A stretch of DNA of 56,128 nt, filler included, from Basidiobolus ranarum (taxonomy: Eukaryota), in assembly GCA_040143965.1 (NCBI GenBank). It is 2 parts of 2 records of this genome, joined end to end, with 100 filler letters (N's around TTAATTAATTAA, not from the genome) between each part and the next. Parts side by side here need not be neighbours in the genome. Positions count along the whole stretch, not along the records: positions 28,169 to 56,128 come from JASJQH010006994.1; 1 more part is not named here. One strand, 5' to 3'. The translations under genes and the position numbers were made by a program. The notes below the pieces were generated by a model. The model saw only the letters and a program-made list of their open reading frames with translations. It made no database searches and was not told where the DNA came from. Of the stretch, positions 52,064-56,128 are shown piece by piece; within the stretch, counting starts at the first letter, position 1, and each line of letters begins with the position of its first letter.

Positions 52064-53508
52064 ATGTATCGTAAGGGATTATTTACCTGTGTATTCACTC
52101 TTGCTTCCAGCTTGTTACTTTCTTCCACGTTCGCAGCCGAAGATGCGGAAAGAATTTACCGACCCGCGCTTTCTATGCATATGCCCTATATTGGTAACGT
52201 ATCGAATTCTGACCTTTTGATACTCTAAAGAAACCCCACTTATCAAAAACTTTCTTAATCTTACAGATGAGGAAATGCGCTCGAACAACTTCGAGTTTGG
52301 GGGAGATACCGTCATCAACACCTACAAAGGTATTCAACTAACCGCTGATCTCCCTAGCCGGGCTGGATGGTTGTGGAGCAAGCAGGTCAGTGTTCAATAT
52401 ATGTAGTATAGGTTTTTTCAATCTTGTGACTAATTGATTTTTTTTGGTGTATTGTAGAGCTTACCTACCAACTCTTGGGAAGTAGAGTTCGAATTTAAAG
52501 TGGAAGGACAAGGCACCAATATCTTTGGTGATGGATTCGCCTTTTGGGCTACCACCAATGATCCTCAACTTGGTACATTATCTATACTATTTTTAATTAG
52601 TCCAGCGCTATTATTCATCATTTATTTGTTTAGGCCCCGTTTTTGGTAGTATTGATCACTTCGAAGGGTTGGGTGTCTTCTTTGATACCTATGCCAACGA
52701 CAAGCATCCTGTAAGTTAGAACCTTTAAGCTCATACTAGTTTCATTCCAAATCTAATCGTATTTTTGATATAGCACTCGTTCCCTTATGTTAGTGCCATG
52801 ATCGGAGATGGTAAGAAAAGTTATGACGTTGGAAAGGACGGTGAACCTACTAAACTTGGTGGTTGCGAGGTTTGATATTTGCCAGATAAAAAGAATATTT
52901 TGTCTTGGTGGCTTATGGTAGTGAATTTCTTAGGCTGATTTCCGCGGAAAAGAGTTTCCAACCAAGGCCATTGTTTCCTACTCGAAGGGACAATATCTTC
53001 AGGTAAAAAAGCATTGAATCATGAAATATTCCAATAGAAGAACTCTTTCTAAGGATATGAAAAAATAGGTTAAACTTCATGTCGAGTCTGAGGGTACATG
53101 GACCGAGTGCTTTACTATCGATCAGGCCATTCTCCCTAGTATTGTTTATCTTGGCTTCAGTGCTCATACTGGCGAGATCTCTGGTAAGATAAGGTATTGG
53201 TATCATATCCAAACCCCACCAAACTAACCATGATATCGTGACACTCTAGATTCCCATGAAATTATTAGTGTCAGCACTCATTCTCTCAAGCAAAAGGTAA
53301 GTGTAGGAAAGATAATTATGTGATTTGGATGAAAAATAACCTATTTCCATGATGAATACAGAAATACAAGCCAGTTACACCCAAAGCAGTTCGTCACGAC
53401 TCTAGCGAGTCTCTTGGATTTATCTGGAAGCTATTCGCCATCCTTACTGTTGGTGGATTAATTTACTACGTGTACCAAAAGAATCAAGGAAACTCTAAAC
53501 GTTTCTAA
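52064..53508 (+). CDS. L-type lectin cargo receptor (VIP36/ERGIC-53/Emp46-47 family)
   Basis: Signal peptide MYRKGLFTCVFTLASSLLLSSTFA, motifs FEFGGDTVIN, WEVEFEFKV, FGDGFAFW, GLGVFFDTYAN and YLGFSAHTGEISDSHEIISV, a TM helix, and C-terminal KRF*. Eight introns. Confidence 0.93.
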
Positions 53509-54149
53509 ATTTCGAATTCACTATACACACCCAACCTCTCACCCTCATTCATCAGAAGTACCATCATTATTATTTCGATGATTAGAAATCTTTCTCTTAG
53601 CTTCATCTTTGTCACTTCTCAAGGAAGAATATTTCTGCCTGCGGTTTCCCCTTCTCTTTCTCTTGGGTAATTGGGGGGTTACATTTTAGGTTATTGCATA
53701 CATGATGTCAATACAGTACAATCATTGGCATAAAATATCGAAAATCCAATAAATTCATGGAACACCATATTTTTGGATGAAATTAAGCATTTTCAATGAC
53801 TTGAATTAATCCAAAAGGGAAAAGAATGGGGGAACGGATGGGGTTAATTTAATCATAAGATTCAATTCTTGGAAGAAAGCAGTAAAAGAAAGATAATCCC
53901 ATGAACCAATGATTGAATTCTCGGGAATTTCATCAAATACAGATTCTTCCGATTCTTCTTAAATGAATGAATATTTACTTGAAATGGAGATTCATGGATT
54001 TCGTGAATAGTGATTTTCACTACATATGGTGCCTAATAATTAAGCTTGAATTCAATTCAAGTCCGATATCTTAGATGATTGGATGTTAACCGGCGAAAAG
54101 GCGGCGGAATGTTTGGTAAATTACTTGTTTGTTATTCTTTCATTTTCAA

Positions 54150-54197
54150 ATAATCATAATCATAATATTAATAATAATCACAATCACAATAATCATT
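54150..54197. repeat. Low-complexity (TAATCA/AAT)-type repeat downstream of transportin
   Basis: ataatcataatcataatattaataataatcacaatcacaataatcatt. Confidence 0.6.
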
Positions 54198-54482
54198 AGT
54201 GTTTCCTATTCTCGATATGGATATGATACTCATGTTTCTCTACCATTAAGTAAATGCCTAGCAAAAAAGGGTTTCCTGAATTTGAACGGGTGATGAGATG
54301 TTAAAGGCGAGGGAACATGCTTCTTTCTAATCGAGAATTAAACAAGGGGAGGGTGAGGTTAGCGATTAGTAGGGGGTGAAAGATGAAGGGAAAAGGGGAA
54401 AAGCAAGAAAGAAATGTATGAATGATGTAAGAGACAGCGAGCACTATGAGTTGAATACGATGTTGCGGTTACTCGATTAACT

Positions 54483-56128
54483 TCAAACTCCATATCTCTC
54501 TTGAAGTTTTTGTCGAATTGTTGGTGGGAATGTGGTGACGTAGTTGTCCCAGTTGGCGCCAATCATTTGCTTGAATCCAACGAAGATCTTCAGAGTGAAA
54601 AGTAATGATGAGTTAGTGATGTCGGGCCAGCAAATCTCTCCAGATGCAACATACCTTGCCAAACATTTCGTTCAACTCCTGAGAAGGTGAATTCCAGTTG
54701 GTAGCAGCGTCACAGAAGTATACAAAACTCTACAGGACATATCAATGGTTTAGAATCAAGGTGGAAGTGATACACAATCCTAGCTGTATACTAACCTTGG
54801 CGGCACCATTAGGGTTGGCTTGGATTATAGTACACACGCCACGGAAGGCTGAGTCCTTCTCGGTATTATCACGAATACCTCTCAATGCCTTACACCTGTC
54901 AACGGATGCACTAATGTTAATGACTGGATAAATATTTCATACAACTGACGGTACAAACCAATGCTCAAGGAACATTTCAAGATGCGGTGCGATGATTTCA
55001 GGACAGACGAGACCAAGGCGACCAATCGCAATGGCAGCATTCTCTAATAAAGTACGAGGTGTTTGTTCGTTGTTAACCAGAGGAAGAAGACGTTCCAAAA
55101 GTGGATTGACATAGGGTTGCATCTCGGCACCACTCTGAAGACCAATTTCACCAGCTGCCCAAGCTGCATTGTTGCATACGCTAATATGTTCAGATTGGGG
55201 ATCGATCTGTGAAATTAGCTCAGGCAGGAGTTGGCCCAAATGAGGTTTCAAATGAGTGAAGCAAGAGATTGCTAAATCCCCAAGTAAGGCATATGCCGAT
55301 TGTCTGACTTCAGCTGAAGGATCTTGCATGCAAACACCTAATAGAGGAAGTAGAGGGGGATTGCTATTGGCGACCAGGCTTTCAACTGCGGTGCTCAGTC
55401 CTTGAACTAAGCCACTTAAGAGATCAAGAGCGACAATCATGAAATCCTTGTCGGGTAATTCAATGGTTGGGTTTTGCTGGTACATCTGAGTTTGCATCAA
55501 AGTGTTATTGACCAAGTGTACACATCTTTGGTATACAGGTGGTGCAAATGGAGCAAATCCTACTTCTAGAGCGGCGGCGACTGACGACAGACACTCGAGA
55601 AGAGGGAAGAGGTCTCTGTCATCGTCACTGACGGACTGCCATCTTTCGATCAATGGTGGCATCAAAACATCAATGAATTCTTTCTTGTTGAGTGCGTTTC
55701 CAACTGAATCGGCAAGAGTGCCAATAGCATCATATAGGATCAACAAGTTCTTTTGTTGGTACTTTTGGAATGCAAACACGAGGTTGCGAAGGATAGGCTC
55801 GAGATAAGGAACTAGTTCCTCACTAGCCTCTTCTTCTAATGTAGCGAAAGCACTGCAACCGGCCTCTTGAACACGCTTATTATTATCCAGCACCATACGA
55901 AGCAATCCCTCCAACAATGGTTCGAAATACTTGGAGCGAGTTTCAGGCTGTGGAGGGAAAACACACCACCTGGCATATCTGCCTAAAGTCCAACATGTAA
56001 TCGATCTAACAAGAGGCTTAGGGTCGTTCAAGCTTTGAAGAAGGAATGGAACCAAGTCAGGAAGATGAGGCGCAATGCCAGACATGCACCCCGCGCCGAT
56101 AGCACCAAGAGCGAAAATACCACACTCC
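54483..56128 (-). CDS. KAP104: Transportin-1/karyopherin beta-2 (3' part; 5' end beyond the window)
   Basis: [74 protein letters not shown]. Three further exons end [10 protein letters not shown]. Confidence 0.95.

Noticed and set aside
1..56128. CRISPR arrays, rRNA, prokaryotic operons or horizontally acquired bacterial genes
   Set aside because: None seen. All recognisable genes are eukaryotic and mostly spliced.

Overview
Eukaryotic, intron-rich, AT-rich genomic DNA with short GT-AG introns. The gene content points to an early-diverging fungus (Zoopagomycota/Mucoromycota-like; this is an inference). The window is two contigs joined by an artificial 100-bp linker (44 N + TTAATTAATTAA + 44 N, 28069-28168), so adjacency across it is unproven. 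Left part: a small orphan gene resembling a piece of giant fungal VLIG-type GTPase proteins, then three consecutive transcription factors (White Collar-2-like PAS-GATA, SAM-HMG-AT-hook, MetR/CYS-3 bZIP), an eroded LINE fossil, RMD1, RPS2 (uS5), an orphan secreted protein, and a CpG-depleted nest of LTR-like repeats with a Ty1/copia RT fragment. Right part: TPA1/OGFOD1, a SIKE/FGFR1OP2-like STRIPAK coiled-coil gene, 5-TOG XMAP215/Stu2, glutamate 5-kinase PRO1, RagC/GTR2, a Meu6-type PH protein, a VIP36/ERGIC-53 lectin and the 3' part of transportin-1. Main oddities: three 1-bp frameshifts in otherwise intact genes (probably consensus errors), loss of the 2-oxoglutarate-binding Arg in TPA1, and the TF triad. 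I found no clearly novel multi-gene system. Exon structures were worked out by hand and family calls come from recalled motifs, not database searches.
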